Part shown: piece after piece, positions 1 to 8,811 of the stretch | Numbering within the stretch: position 1 is the first letter of the stretch | How the letters are laid out: each line of letters begins with the position of its first letter | Origin: a virus | Lineage: Duplodnaviria; Heunggongvirae; Uroviricota; Caudoviricetes | IMG/VR virus record: IMGVR_UViG_3300045988_109904 | Location: 1-19,859 of that record | Reading direction: 5' to 3' (one strand) | Length of the DNA stretch: 19,859 nt | Position numbers and translations under genes: made by a program | The notes under the pieces: model-generated | What the model was told of the DNA's origin: nothing | Databases searched by the model: none | The model's input: only the letters and a program-made list of their open reading frames with translations

Positions 1-77
1 AGTTGCCAGACCGCAAGGTGTTTTAACAAATCAAAAGGGGTTTTAATAACTGGCTTAAAGCTGAAAGCTTTCCGGAA

Positions 78-100
78 CCCCCAGCCTAGCTGGGGGTTTT
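78..100 (+). terminator. Putative rho-independent terminator (plus-strand orientation)
   Basis: Perfect 8-bp GC-rich stem cccccagc (78-85) / gctggggg (89-96) with 3-nt loop, followed by TTTT (97-100). The U-tract is on the plus strand only. Confidence 0.5.
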
Positions 101-110
101 CTGTGCACAA

Positions 111-135
111 GAAAAGGCGGGCAATTCGCCCGCCT
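111..135 (-). terminator. Putative rho-independent terminator for the minus-strand accessory gene / late tail operon
   Basis: Stem ggcgggc (116-122) / gcccgcc (128-134) with 5-nt loop. On the minus strand it is followed by TTTT (complement of 112-115 aaaa). It lies about 200 nt downstream of the stop of the 341..934 gene. Confidence 0.55.
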
Positions 136-340
136 GTCCTGATTTGAACTCACTCATTTTCCGACTGACAATTTACATAGCCCAAAAGTTATCAAATCTG
201 ACGGTCTGCTTTGAACAAGAAGCGGACATTTGCCTGTCAGGGTATATACCGCTCTGCGGTTATTATCCAGAATCAATAATTCATCTGAGTTGGATTACAT
301 ATAAAACATAGTTACCCCATGAATAACCATTAGCAGATTA

Positions 341-934
341 TCAATTATGTAAATCTTTTGTTTTATGTTCTTTGGTGTGTTGTGACAACAAATGGCTATA
401 GCGTTTAAGCAAAATATTAGAAAGATTAAGCTCATTCATGAAGTGTTCTTCTAATAAGTAACCATCAATATCAACTTTAATATCATTACCACTTTTCATC
501 TTCTGTAACGTAGATTTTACACGCTCCAGCAGGATGCTTTGCTCATGGTAATAGTCCATAAGAAGAGTAACATCCTCTTTATCAAGCTTACTTAATTCGC
601 TGAAGTAGGATTTAAACACTTTATCAGTCTGGTTTAATGCAATCTGTAAGCGAGGCCCCCCTAATGATTTGACATTAATGGCAAAAGGCTCGCCAACAAA
701 ATGCTCCGAATTTTCGTCAAAGCCAATATATCTCGTTTTATCAAGAAAAGTGAGAGCGCGATGGTTATTAGCGATTTCATATGCAAACATTGTTCTGATA
801 CTGTCCCTCTCAGCCTCCATAGTTATATCATCACGATGATTTGTATAAAATATATTTCCAACAAAGAGAACCATAGCAAGAATCACTGAACTTGCCTCCC
901 AGTTAATATTTTTTAATCGTCGCTTAGTAAACAT
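341..934 (-). CDS. Hypothetical membrane-anchored accessory protein (197 aa) at the post-tfa variable locus
   Basis: ATG at 934-932 preceded by AAGGTG 4 nt upstream; stop at 341-343. Basic N-terminus (MFTKRRLKN) followed by one hydrophobic helix (SSVILAMVLFVGNIFYT), then a hydrophilic domain of about 160 aa. Markedly AT-rich compared with the adjacent tail genes. I recognise no family. Confidence 0.75.
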   Translation of the reverse strand: MFTKRRLKNINWEASSVILAMVLFVGNIFYTNHRDDITMEAERDSIRTMFAYEIANNHRALTFLDKTRYIGFDENSEHFVGEPFAINVKSLGGPRLQIALNQTDKVFKSYFSELSKLDKEDVTLLMDYYHEQSILLERVKSTLQKMKSGNDIKVDIDGYLLEEHFMNELNLSNILLKRYSHLLSQHTKEHKTKDLHN

Positions 935-1155
935 ACCGCACCTTAATTATCAAAAATATTCCTTCAGTGTTATCTGGTTAGCCTAAACCAAGTCATTAAA
1001 GTCTGCAGGATATCATATACATAAAATGTATTGATTAGAATTTGCACTAATAAAATAATGCTTTACTAAAATCTACTCCAGACACAGAGCGGCCTGTCAG
1101 ATTAGGCTTTACTCTGTGCCATAGATATGTTTGCTCACTCCAGAGATCATACAAC

Positions 1156-1683
1156 TTATTGCGGCATTTCCGGCCATTCAGGATTTGCAGGATCCACACG
1201 ACTGACCAGAACGCTGTAACGCTCCCATGCATCCAGTCGGCTACGCTCCTCATCTGTTGCCATGTTCAGTCTGACCGCGCGCTCCAGCGGCAAAATCACG
1301 GATTCAGCATCTGCAAGAAGTCTGGCTTTCCGGTTTTCTGCCTGCTGCAGCAATTCCTCTGCCGTATAAATGCGTTTAATCACTTTGCCGTCCTTAAACA
1401 TCCAGTTCCCTGAAATGTCCGCCCGTCGGTTAGCAGTAATATCCGCCACTTCAACAACACTTAATCCATCCGGTCTGATAGCTGTCACATCCTTTTCCAC
1501 ATAGCGGATGATATTATCTTTGTCGTACGCTATTTTTAGCGTGTCATCAGCAAAATACTTTTGTTCTTCGTACCAGTTCTTACCATCTTCTGAAAAAAAC
1601 CAGACAACATCAAAGTCTTTTGTCAATTGATATTGTTCAACCGTTTTTGGATTCCCCGCCGTAATATTTTTTAAATGCTGCAT
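1156..1683 (-). CDS. G: Tail fibre assembly protein (P2 gpG-like, Tfa family)
   Basis: 175-aa ORF with ATG at 1683 and TAA at 1156-1158, sitting 3 nt after the tail-fibre gene stop. The C-terminal region ([14 protein letters not shown]...NPEWPEMP) is characteristic of Tfa chaperones; length matches P2 G. Confidence 0.9.
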   Translation of the reverse strand: MQHLKNITAGNPKTVEQYQLTKDFDVVWFFSEDGKNWYEEQKYFADDTLKIAYDKDNIIRYVEKDVTAIRPDGLSVVEVADITANRRADISGNWMFKDGKVIKRIYTAEELLQQAENRKARLLADAESVILPLERAVRLNMATDEERSRLDAWERYSVLVSRVDPANPEWPEMPQ

Positions 1684-1686
1684 AAA

Positions 1687-4446
1687 TTATACCTGCGCCA
1701 CGTTATACCATGTCCCGTTAATGTATTTCTGAACCGGTCTGTAATATACACCACCAATGTTATCGGCAGAGTTTGAGCCGGTATCCTGAACAATAATGCC
1801 GGAATATACACACCCGGACGGTGCCTGATGTGTCCATGTCATGCCATTGTTCGCAGGTTTGTATGTGGCAGCACCACCAAGCCGGATATCCCGGACATAG
1901 CGGGAATCAAAGTTACCGTAATCCGAGGGATTAACACGCCCCGTAATATTTATGGTTTTATTACTTTGAATACTTCCCGAGACAAAGCGCATAACATGGA
2001 CGCTATTAGCATAAACATCCAGATTACCATCACCATTTTGTTTAAAGCCCGTGTCATTATCACCCAAAACAATCGAATTACCGCCAAGAGCACTGGATGT
2101 TCCTATACCCAGAGCACCATTCAATTGACCACCAGATAACGGCAGTGCACCGACATCTCCCGCTGTAGGTTTTCGCGTTGTGGTATAAAACTCAGACCAG
2201 TCAGCCTCGAATCCGTAACCGTCACGAGCAGAACGATAAAAAATACCGCCGTTCTTATAATTAACGCGGAACTGGGCGGCGGGACAACTTCCTTCACCGA
2301 TATTAAAATGAAGAATTAACGTTGATGCCCCACCAGTAGTTGCGTTATAGGCTCCGCTACTCCAGTTCCACCCAACGGCTTTATCATTCGCAACGGTGTC
2401 TCCTGTTTTTCCTGAAGCAAATGCACCAATATTTTTCGGCGTCAGGTTAATATCTGATGTTCCATCAAACGAAACGTTATTAATTTTACGGGCTGTTTTC
2501 AGCTTTGTTGCTGTCGCCGCATTGCCGGACAGTTCACCAGAAAGGCCAGCACTGAATGTCTGTTTCGCGCCCCATGTCTGGGCTTCGTCAATGATTGGTA
2601 CTCGTCTTGCTGTGATCGTGCGGCTTCCCGGATTTCCTGAAATACGCACCATAAAAAATCGGTAGTTCGCTTTACTTACAGTGCTGCGCCATACATGCAT
2701 TGAGCGCCCCGTACCGGAATCATCACTCGGACCAACTGCGATGTTTATCAGGTTGCCATCAATGACGCCCCAGTCCATACCGTCGGGAATATTGGTCATA
2801 TTATCCAGCCTAACGGTTATCAGACTGCCCGGCACAAAATCGTAGGTCTGCCAGTCCAGGCTGGTGAGCTTTGCCACAGCACCGCCGATACCCAGATTCA
2901 GGGGAAGTGAATACGAGGTGTAGACTTCCCGCCATTCGCTCCATGAGCTGCCGGTAAAGACGCGCTCAAAGGTGCGGCCTTTAAGGGTTGTACCTGTTCC
3001 GGCAGTTGTATAACGCTGCCATACATTAACACCATCAAACCGCCTCAACACTTCCAGAATGCCGAGTACAGTCACGCCGTTTCCGTCCAGTACTGGACCG
3101 TTGGTCGCTTTACCTGTAACGCTGTAAATACCTGGTGAGGTTACATCATTCAAATCACCTTCGTAATAACGACTCTCTGACTGATGACCGACTCTTAACC
3201 ACGGTTCCCACTGCGGATTTGATGCATCCCAGCTTGCCGCAAGGCAGCGGACATACATATTTCCACGGCGAGTGGTATAACGTTGCGTTCTTCCATAATT
3301 TCCGCCTTCGAGGATCTCAAGCATCCCCTGAGCAAAGCCGCCTTCCTCTGGATAATTGCGTTCATATGAAGCTATAGCCGAGCTACTGTTACGCCATAAA
3401 CCAAGATGTTCGGCGGCTCCAAGCGTATTCAGGTCTATAGTCGTACTCAAAGGGCGGGTAGCTGATTGAGTGTGACGCCATATGCCCCACGGACCATCAG
3501 AGCCATTCCACTTATTGGCGAGTCTGCGTATGTATACATTGCCGTCTCTCGTGGTGAAGCGTTGCGTACCTGCAAAATTGCCGGCAGCAAAAACCTCAAG
3601 CACACCGACAGCATTATCTTCCGGGAAATTTTTCTCCAGTGTTGCGTTAGTTGAGGTAGTTTTAGACCAGATTCCCAGATAAGCCTTAACGGGACCAAAT
3701 GTATTCAGATCAGCATCAAGCGGCATTTCGCCATTGTTTTTCATAAACGTCAGGCTGGTAACGCCAACATTGTCCAGAAAAGCGTCCTTATCTGGAATAT
3801 CGCCACCGTTCTGGTCTTTCTGCAGACGTTTCTCAGCATTGTCATAGGCTGCTTTTACTGCCTTTGGCGTTGCAGCCTGCTTTTCACTGGTGCTGTTTGT
3901 TGCACTGCTTAACTGAGTAAAACCTTTTTCTGTCAGCGTGGCGTCAGGATGGCGGCGGGACTGCTCATGCTCTGCGATTTTGTCATCGACGTAATCCTGC
4001 GTCGCCATCACTGTGCTGGCATCAATACTCAGCTCAACGGACGCCACGTTGCTGAGAATAATAACCATGCGGCAGGTCTGCGCACGTCCGGAGCCTTCAG
4101 CCAGTTCTGGCTTATAGCTTTCTGCCATGTTGGATACCGCAATCAGTGTTCCGGCATCGTCATACAGACCAAGCTCACGCATCCAGAAGCCGCCCACTTC
4201 TGGCGGAACAACCAGTTCAGCCACGATATAGTTTTTATTCTTGTTATCCACACTGACTTTATTCAGTGCATGACGCCAGACTTCATGCACCAGTTTCGTC
4301 TGACCGGCATCCGGCACCGGCAATTGGCCATTACCGTCACCCACAGCCATTGCAGACAGGTTTACTTTTTTCCCGCCGGGAACAGTGGCGGCTGCCAGCT
4401 TCGCGGCTCCGGCAGTAGTGATAACGGTTTTAAATTTCGTGCTCAT
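1687..4446 (-). CDS. H: Tail fibre protein (P2 gpH-like N-terminus, divergent and extended C-terminal receptor-binding region)
   Basis: 919-aa ORF with ATG at 4446 and TAA at 1687-1689. The N-terminal ~200 aa contain strings I recall from P2 gpH (TVITTAGAAKLAAAT, EVWRHALNK, PPEVGGFWMRELGLYDDAGTLIAV, ATQDYVDDKIAEHEQSRRHPDA, KGFTQLSSATNSTSE). The remainder is Gly/Ser/Thr/Asn-rich fibre-like sequence with internal repeats. Confidence 0.92.
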   Translation of the reverse strand: MSTKFKTVITTAGAAKLAAATVPGGKKVNLSAMAVGDGNGQLPVPDAGQTKLVHEVWRHALNKVSVDNKNKNYIVAELVVPPEVGGFWMRELGLYDDAGTLIAVSNMAESYKPELAEGSGRAQTCRMVIILSNVASVELSIDASTVMATQDYVDDKIAEHEQSRRHPDATLTEKGFTQLSSATNSTSEKQAATPKAVKAAYDNAEKRLQKDQNGGDIPDKDAFLDNVGVTSLTFMKNNGEMPLDADLNTFGPVKAYLGIWSKTTSTNATLEKNFPEDNAVGVLEVFAAGNFAGTQRFTTRDGNVYIRRLANKWNGSDGPWGIWRHTQSATRPLSTTIDLNTLGAAEHLGLWRNSSSAIASYERNYPEEGGFAQGMLEILEGGNYGRTQRYTTRRGNMYVRCLAASWDASNPQWEPWLRVGHQSESRYYEGDLNDVTSPGIYSVTGKATNGPVLDGNGVTVLGILEVLRRFDGVNVWQRYTTAGTGTTLKGRTFERVFTGSSWSEWREVYTSYSLPLNLGIGGAVAKLTSLDWQTYDFVPGSLITVRLDNMTNIPDGMDWGVIDGNLINIAVGPSDDSGTGRSMHVWRSTVSKANYRFFMVRISGNPGSRTITARRVPIIDEAQTWGAKQTFSAGLSGELSGNAATATKLKTARKINNVSFDGTSDINLTPKNIGAFASGKTGDTVANDKAVGWNWSSGAYNATTGGASTLILHFNIGEGSCPAAQFRVNYKNGGIFYRSARDGYGFEADWSEFYTTTRKPTAGDVGALPLSGGQLNGALGIGTSSALGGNSIVLGDNDTGFKQNGDGNLDVYANSVHVMRFVSGSIQSNKTINITGRVNPSDYGNFDSRYVRDIRLGGAATYKPANNGMTWTHQAPSGCVYSGIIVQDTGSNSADNIGGVYYRPVQKYINGTWYNVAQV

Positions 4447-4456
4447 TGTTTCTCAC

Positions 4457-4987
4457 TTATCCGGGATAAACAGTAATAACATCACCATCACAGACCACAC
4501 CGCCTGTATACAGACAGCCGGGAATGTCCTGGATAATGTTCAGACCGATAAGGTGGCGACTTGCGGGTTTGGCATCGGCAATAAGCCGTTCCATTTCCAG
4601 ATACATCTCCTCCGTGATGCCGCTTTCCAGTACGCCGATATCAAGGCGGAAGGTTCCGGGCGGGTCGTTTGTCTCCCACCATTCCTTTACGTTAATGAGA
4701 TAGCCGAGCGGCTCCACCACACGCCGGATTGCGCCGACAGTGCCTTTATGACAGTGGATGAAATAGGCATCGCGGATAACGGCGCGTTTTGTCGCTTCCG
4801 GCCACTTTTCATCCCACCTGTCGACCGAAAATGACCACGCCAGCCACGGCAGCAGATTTGCCGGGCAGGTGTCCGGGTTCCACAGCTCACGAATACTGAC
4901 CGGCGTTTTTTCAATTTCCGCACAGGCTTTTGCGGCGGCAACTTCAAGCGGCGATGAGCCGGTTGGCAGCAGGCGCGAATCACTCAT
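4457..4987 (-). CDS. I: Baseplate / tail-fibre attachment protein (P2 gpI-like)
   Basis: 176-aa ORF with ATG at 4987. Sequence MSDSRLLPTGSSPLEVAAAKACAEIEKTPVSIRELWNPDTCPANLLPWLAW... matches P2 gpI as I recall it. Its start overlaps the stop of J (4980-4982). Confidence 0.93.
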   Translation of the reverse strand: MSDSRLLPTGSSPLEVAAAKACAEIEKTPVSIRELWNPDTCPANLLPWLAWSFSVDRWDEKWPEATKRAVIRDAYFIHCHKGTVGAIRRVVEPLGYLINVKEWWETNDPPGTFRLDIGVLESGITEEMYLEMERLIADAKPASRHLIGLNIIQDIPGCLYTGGVVCDGDVITVYPG

Positions 4988-5888
4988 CCGAGCCTCCGGT
5001 CACGACGCGGTATTCGGTGCAGAAAGACGCCTGCGTATTGTTAAGCACGATGTCGGCCAGCGGTGCAGCCAGTTCGACACGCTGCACGCCTTCCACATGC
5101 AAAGCGGCATAAATGGCAGACAGACGGATGTCGCGCCCCAGCCGGTGCTGTGCCGTGATGTACGCTTCCAGTTTTTTCACGGCAGCAGCGCGGATGGGTT
5201 CGCTTTCTGGACCAGGGTAAAGATACAGCGTGGCGTTTATCTGGTATTCAACAATGGCGGCAGACTGCACGGTCACACGGTCAGCCACCGGCCTGACGTC
5301 CTCGCCATTAAGGGCGTTACGCACCACAGCCAGCAGGTCTTCGGATGCCACACCGTTATTTTCACGTGACAGCACGGAGATGGTGACGCAGGCCGGAGAC
5401 GGACTGGTAACAGAGATATCCGCGACACGCCCGTCAGCACTGCGACCATGATACTGATAGGCACCCACCGACCCGGCGACGCTTAAACCTTCAAAGGCCT
5501 GCTGAATACGCAGACGATAATCGGTGTCAGATTCCATCACTGCCGGTGTCGGCGGAATGGTCGAATCATCTGCCGGGGTGATAGTCAGGCGCGTGGTGTT
5601 GTAATTGGCACCAATCACATCAAGGTCATTACCGGCGGCACAGGCCAGCATTACCGCCCGTGCAGCCTCATTCACACGCTGACGCCAGATAAGCTCACGA
5701 TAAGCATTTTCCTCCAGCAGTTTGACGAGAGGCTCAGATTCCAGCGTCAGGGTACGGGCGACCGCCTCCTGCTGGTCTTCCGGGTAAAGGGAAATCAGTG
5801 TCGCCTTGCGTTCGGCGAGAATGGTTTCAAAGTCCAGCTCCTCAACCACATCCGGTGCGGGTAGCTGGTTCAGGTCGATAATCGGCAT
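4980..5888 (-). CDS. J: Baseplate assembly protein J (P2 gpJ-like)
   Basis: 302-aa ORF with ATG at 5888, stop overlapping the I start. It sits in the P2 gene-order position between W and I; size and sequence character fit the baseplate J family. Confidence 0.9.
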   Translation of the reverse strand: MPIIDLNQLPAPDVVEELDFETILAERKATLISLYPEDQQEAVARTLTLESEPLVKLLEENAYRELIWRQRVNEAARAVMLACAAGNDLDVIGANYNTTRLTITPADDSTIPPTPAVMESDTDYRLRIQQAFEGLSVAGSVGAYQYHGRSADGRVADISVTSPSPACVTISVLSRENNGVASEDLLAVVRNALNGEDVRPVADRVTVQSAAIVEYQINATLYLYPGPESEPIRAAAVKKLEAYITAQHRLGRDIRLSAIYAALHVEGVQRVELAAPLADIVLNNTQASFCTEYRVVTGGSDE

Positions 5889-5892
5889 GGTT

Positions 5893-6240
5893 TCAACTCA
5901 CAGGGATGGTTAACGAAAGTGGCTGGCCGGTGTCGTTATGCTGGCCGGTTAACGTAACTGTCATTCGACCGTCAAAGCTGCGCGCCGTGGTGACGGATGA
6001 CAGGGTGACGCGGGGTTCCCATTTCAGCACCGCCATGTAACAGGCGACCTTAATCTGCAACTCAAGCGCCGGAGTCTGCGGCTGGTCAATCATTGACGCC
6101 AGCAACGAGCCGTAATCACGACGCATCACCCGCGAGCCGACCGGTGTGCGCAGGATATCGCCGATACTCTGGCTGATATGCTCAAGGTCAGTGACAGTCA
6201 GGCCATCACTGCAATTCATTCCGAGATAACGCGCTGTCAT
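5893..6240 (-). CDS. W: Baseplate wedge protein W (GpW/gp25 family)
   Basis: 115-aa ORF with ATG at 6240. The V stop (6237-6239) overlaps this start, consistent with translational coupling. Size and position match P2 gpW. Confidence 0.9.
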   Translation of the reverse strand: MTARYLGMNCSDGLTVTDLEHISQSIGDILRTPVGSRVMRRDYGSLLASMIDQPQTPALELQIKVACYMAVLKWEPRVTLSSVTTARSFDGRMTVTLTGQHNDTGQPLSLTIPVS

Positions 6241-6872
6241 AGAGGGCTCCCGGTTGTGCCGCCGCTGTCGCCGGGGTGTTTATGGGTATGCAGCACCTTA
6301 CCGTTTGATGAGAGTTCACCACCGGTGTGTTCAATGTTGCCGCGCATCGTCCCACCCTTCTGCACTTCCAGCGTGCCGGTAGTCAGTTTGTTAGTGCAGA
6401 CCACCTCCGGTGTGTCCAGGGTGACGCGGGTTGATGCTTTCACCATGACCACCGGCACCGTGGCAGTAACAGAATCAGAAGCCGTCACGCTGGCCGTTTT
6501 AATTCCGCTTACCGTGAGTGCACTGGTTTCGGGTTCATACTCAATCACCGCCCCGTCAGGGAAACGGATATGCAGGGCATCCGCCGACGCAGACGGCGCG
6601 GGGTTATCGCCGGAATAAATCCCCGGCAGAACGAACGCCGTGTCGAGTTCACCGCCCACGGCCAGAATCAGCACCTGTTCCCCCACGGAAGGTGCCCACC
6701 ATGTGCGCGAACGTCCGGCGCGATGGGTCAGCCACTGCAGCCAGTCGGTACACATGCCGCCGGTCTGCACACGGCAGCGACCGGCGTTAAGGTCGGTTTC
6801 GACGATAACGCCGGTGCGAATCATGTTGCGCAGTGCGCGCGCGAGTTCCTGAATATTTGCGAGAGTGTTCAT
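6237..6872 (-). CDS. V: Baseplate spike / assembly protein V (P2 gpV-like)
   Basis: 211-aa ORF with ATG at 6872. The C-terminal HTHKHPGDSGGTTGSP-type motif is typical of gpV spike proteins. It is the first gene after the S-V intergenic region. Confidence 0.9.
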   Translation of the reverse strand: MNTLANIQELARALRNMIRTGVIVETDLNAGRCRVQTGGMCTDWLQWLTHRAGRSRTWWAPSVGEQVLILAVGGELDTAFVLPGIYSGDNPAPSASADALHIRFPDGAVIEYEPETSALTVSGIKTASVTASDSVTATVPVVMVKASTRVTLDTPEVVCTNKLTTGTLEVQKGGTMRGNIEHTGGELSSNGKVLHTHKHPGDSGGTTGSPL

Positions 6873-6938
6873 AACGGGAAGGATGCCGCCGGGTCATACC
6901 GGCGGCAATGTGACGATGAGGTGTCGGGAATGGCACAA
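6873..6938 (-). promoter_or_regulatory. S-V intergenic region: expected position of a late promoter (P_V) plus a stable leader stem-loop
   Basis: The call is positional: in P2 a late promoter precedes V. Seen in sequence: a GC-rich 8-bp inverted repeat gccgccgg (6885-6892) / ccggcggc (6899-6906), and a TGT...ACA dyad at 6922-6937 with 10-nt rather than the expected 12-nt spacing. No perfect late-promoter dyad was found. Confidence 0.3.
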
Positions 6939-7391
6939 CTAACGGTCGAGGTGAGCCAGGATAATCTCTTCAATCATCTGCACATCCTCACCGGTAAAGC
7001 CGAGCAGAGGACGCGCCGGATAATCAATTTTCTTACCGTCTTTCCGGTTTTCTTCCGACAGACCGAACTGATGCACGCTGGCGATTTTCGGTGACTTCCC
7101 GCCGTAAAACTCCATTGATGCCTGTTCCGGGCTGGCGCGGATATGCAAAAAACGACTGGTGATAAGTTTCGCAAACATTTTTCGCTTAACGCGACCGGTC
7201 TTTTTTCTGGCGCTCTGCTGCTGGCGTGGCGCGTAGGGTGTGCCGTCCGGGGCTTTCTGTGCCATCACCCGACGCTGCTGACTCTGACGCAGACGTTTCG
7301 CCAGTTCGGCACTCAGTCGTCGACGCCCTGACGGTGACAGCGATTCAATAAGTCCGGTCAGCCGGTCTTCAAAACGCTTAAACTCATTCAT
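6939..7391 (-). CDS. S: Tail completion protein S (P2 gpS-like)
   Basis: 150-aa ORF with ATG at 7391; the R stop (7384-7386) overlaps. Sequence MNEFKRFEDRLTGLIESL... and size agree with P2 gpS. Confidence 0.9.
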   Translation of the reverse strand: MNEFKRFEDRLTGLIESLSPSGRRRLSAELAKRLRQSQQRRVMAQKAPDGTPYAPRQQQSARKKTGRVKRKMFAKLITSRFLHIRASPEQASMEFYGGKSPKIASVHQFGLSEENRKDGKKIDYPARPLLGFTGEDVQMIEEIILAHLDR

Positions 7392-7851
7392 CCCACTTGC
7401 TCACCAGTTCGCCATTGATATAAAGCTCCACCGGGCGGGTGACCGGCTCCGGCGGCGGAGGTTCCGGGATATTCTTCACATGCAGTGCGCCGTCCACCTC
7501 ACTGACCAGCGTTCGCTCGGTCAGCATCAGGCTGATGCTGATATCAAAGCTGCTGTCATTGTTGATGTCTGCATAAAACGTGAAGCCCTTTTTCTGACCT
7601 GCGTCGGTGGTCATGATGTCGGGCTGATTTTCCCGCAGCCACGCCAGCACCGGCACGATGAGCAGGTCAAAATCACCGGTAAAGTCGGTCACAATGACAT
7701 TGAGCGTGTAACGCTTTTCGAATGACAGCGACGTCGCCAGTGTGGAAGCAATACTCCCGTTATCCACGAATATCCGCAGCATATCGGGGTTAGTTTTCAG
7801 CACCGTGACGGCATCAGTCAGCGCCCTGCGCAGGCTGTCGGGTTTGAGCAT
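7384..7851 (-). CDS. R: Tail completion protein R (P2 gpR-like)
   Basis: 155-aa ORF with ATG at 7851. Position and size match P2 gpR. The 3' end of lysC overlaps its 5' region. Confidence 0.9.
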   Translation of the reverse strand: MLKPDSLRRALTDAVTVLKTNPDMLRIFVDNGSIASTLATSLSFEKRYTLNVIVTDFTGDFDLLIVPVLAWLRENQPDIMTTDAGQKKGFTFYADINNDSSFDISISLMLTERTLVSEVDGALHVKNIPEPPPPEPVTRPVELYINGELVSKWDE

Positions 7852-8104
7852 CGTTTTCGTCCTGACAGTGTTTAATCATTTTTACCTGGCTGGCACAGCG
7901 TGCCAGCGCGTTCTCAAGCTGCCGGATATCGGCACTTAAATCGCCGTTCGTCTCCGGGTCACTGCCCGGCATCGGGCAAAGACTCACTTTCGGGCAGGCG
8001 TTGTGGACAATCACTGGCGTCGGTGCAGGCGGGGCGCTGGTGCAACCGGCGCACAGCATCAGGCAGGTCAGCGCCATACCAGCGGCGAAAATCCTCGTTT
8101 TCAT
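7814..8104 (-). CDS. lysC: LysC, Rz1-like outer-membrane lipoprotein spanin (o-spanin), embedded in an alternative frame of lysB
   Basis: Internal ATG at 8104-8102 of the 7814..8221 track ORF gives a ~96-aa product. It starts MKTRIFAAGMALTCLMLCAGC (signal peptide plus lipobox L-C-A-G-C) and is then Pro-rich. This is the same embedded arrangement as P2 lysB/lysC. Confidence 0.75.
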   Translation of the reverse strand: MKTRIFAAGMALTCLMLCAGCTSAPPAPTPVIVHNACPKVSLCPMPGSDPETNGDLSADIRQLENALARCASQVKMIKHCQDENDAQTRQPAQGAD

Positions 8105-8384
8105 TAAGTAACCTCGTGATGGTTTTCTCGCGCAGTGCTTCACGCTTCGCGGCGTTCTCCAGTTCCTGACGCAGTGCCACCTGCGCCAGCTCGTTTTTGT
8201 CTGCCCTGGTGAGTGCAACATGAAGCTGATTTTTCAGCATGGTGATGGTCGTCTGCTGCCCGCTGGCGACGCTGTTCGCCCTGTCCAGTGAGGTGCGCAG
8301 GCTGGCGTTTTCATGCTTCGCCAGAAACAGCCCCGCCACCGCCAGCGATAACAACACGACCAGCACAATCATCAGCTTTGACAT
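7959..8384 (-). CDS. lysB: LysB, Rz-like inner-membrane spanin (i-spanin)
   Basis: 141-aa ORF with ATG at 8384. N-terminal transmembrane helix (MSKLMIVLVVLLSLAVAGLFLA) followed by a charged coiled-coil-like periplasmic domain. It is in the P2 lysB position. Confidence 0.85.
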   Translation of the reverse strand: MSKLMIVLVVLLSLAVAGLFLAKHENASLRTSLDRANSVASGQQTTITMLKNQLHVALTRADKNELAQVALRQELENAAKREALREKTITRLLNENEDFRRWYGADLPDAVRRLHQRPACTDASDCPQRLPESESLPDAGQ

Positions 8385-8797
8385 AATTCCCGCCCCTCAA
8401 GACGCTGACGACAGGCTTTACGTATCAGCCGGAAAAACACCGACGCCACGAGGTAAATCAGCGCAGTAAAAATCCACCCGGCAGCGACCAGCGAGATAAA
8501 CGTCGCCACCATCACCACCAGAGCCGCCGCCCGTCTGCGCCACGGCACCGGCTGCAAAAACAGCGACGCGACAATCTTCACGGCCAGCGATTCCGGCGAC
8601 AGCTCCCGCCCGTAGCGCTCCAGTACATACTCTGTGGCATACACGCCGACACCACCGGCAACCACACAGATAACCGTCGCCAGAATCGCCCCGGCGGCGA
8701 CAAAACTGACGGCCACGCTCTGCGGGTAAATCAGGGACAGTGCCAGCATCAGCGCCAGCGACACGTTCAGCATCAGTGAAAGGGATAATTTCTTCAT
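8372..8797 (-). CDS. lysA: LysA, multi-pass membrane protein of the lysis cassette (lysis-timing / antiholin-like)
   Basis: 141-aa ORF with ATG at 8797 and stop overlapping the lysB start. It has several hydrophobic segments and sits between the endolysin and spanin genes as in P2. Confidence 0.85.
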   Translation of the reverse strand: MKKLSLSLMLNVSLALMLALSLIYPQSVAVSFVAAGAILATVICVVAGGVGVYATEYVLERYGRELSPESLAVKIVASLFLQPVPWRRRAAALVVMVATFISLVAAGWIFTALIYLVASVFFRLIRKACRQRLEGRELCQS

Positions 8798-8811
8798 GGT
8801 GTTTACTCCGT

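Noticed and set aside
701-889. 62-aa plus-strand ORF inside the 341..934 gene, and the 68-aa ORF at 1047..1253
   Set aside because: They are short antisense or overlapping frames without an RBS; the first lies entirely within a better-supported gene and the second overlaps the 3' end of tfa.
3949-4476. 175-aa plus-strand ORF (and similar plus-strand ORFs at 4385..4834, 4869..5369, 6178..6618, 6570..7094, 9665..10111, 10403..11002, 12322..12780)
   Set aside because: All are antisense overlaps of well-supported minus-strand structural genes in high-GC sequence. Their Arg/Ala/Cys-rich, low-complexity translations are typical of non-coding frames.
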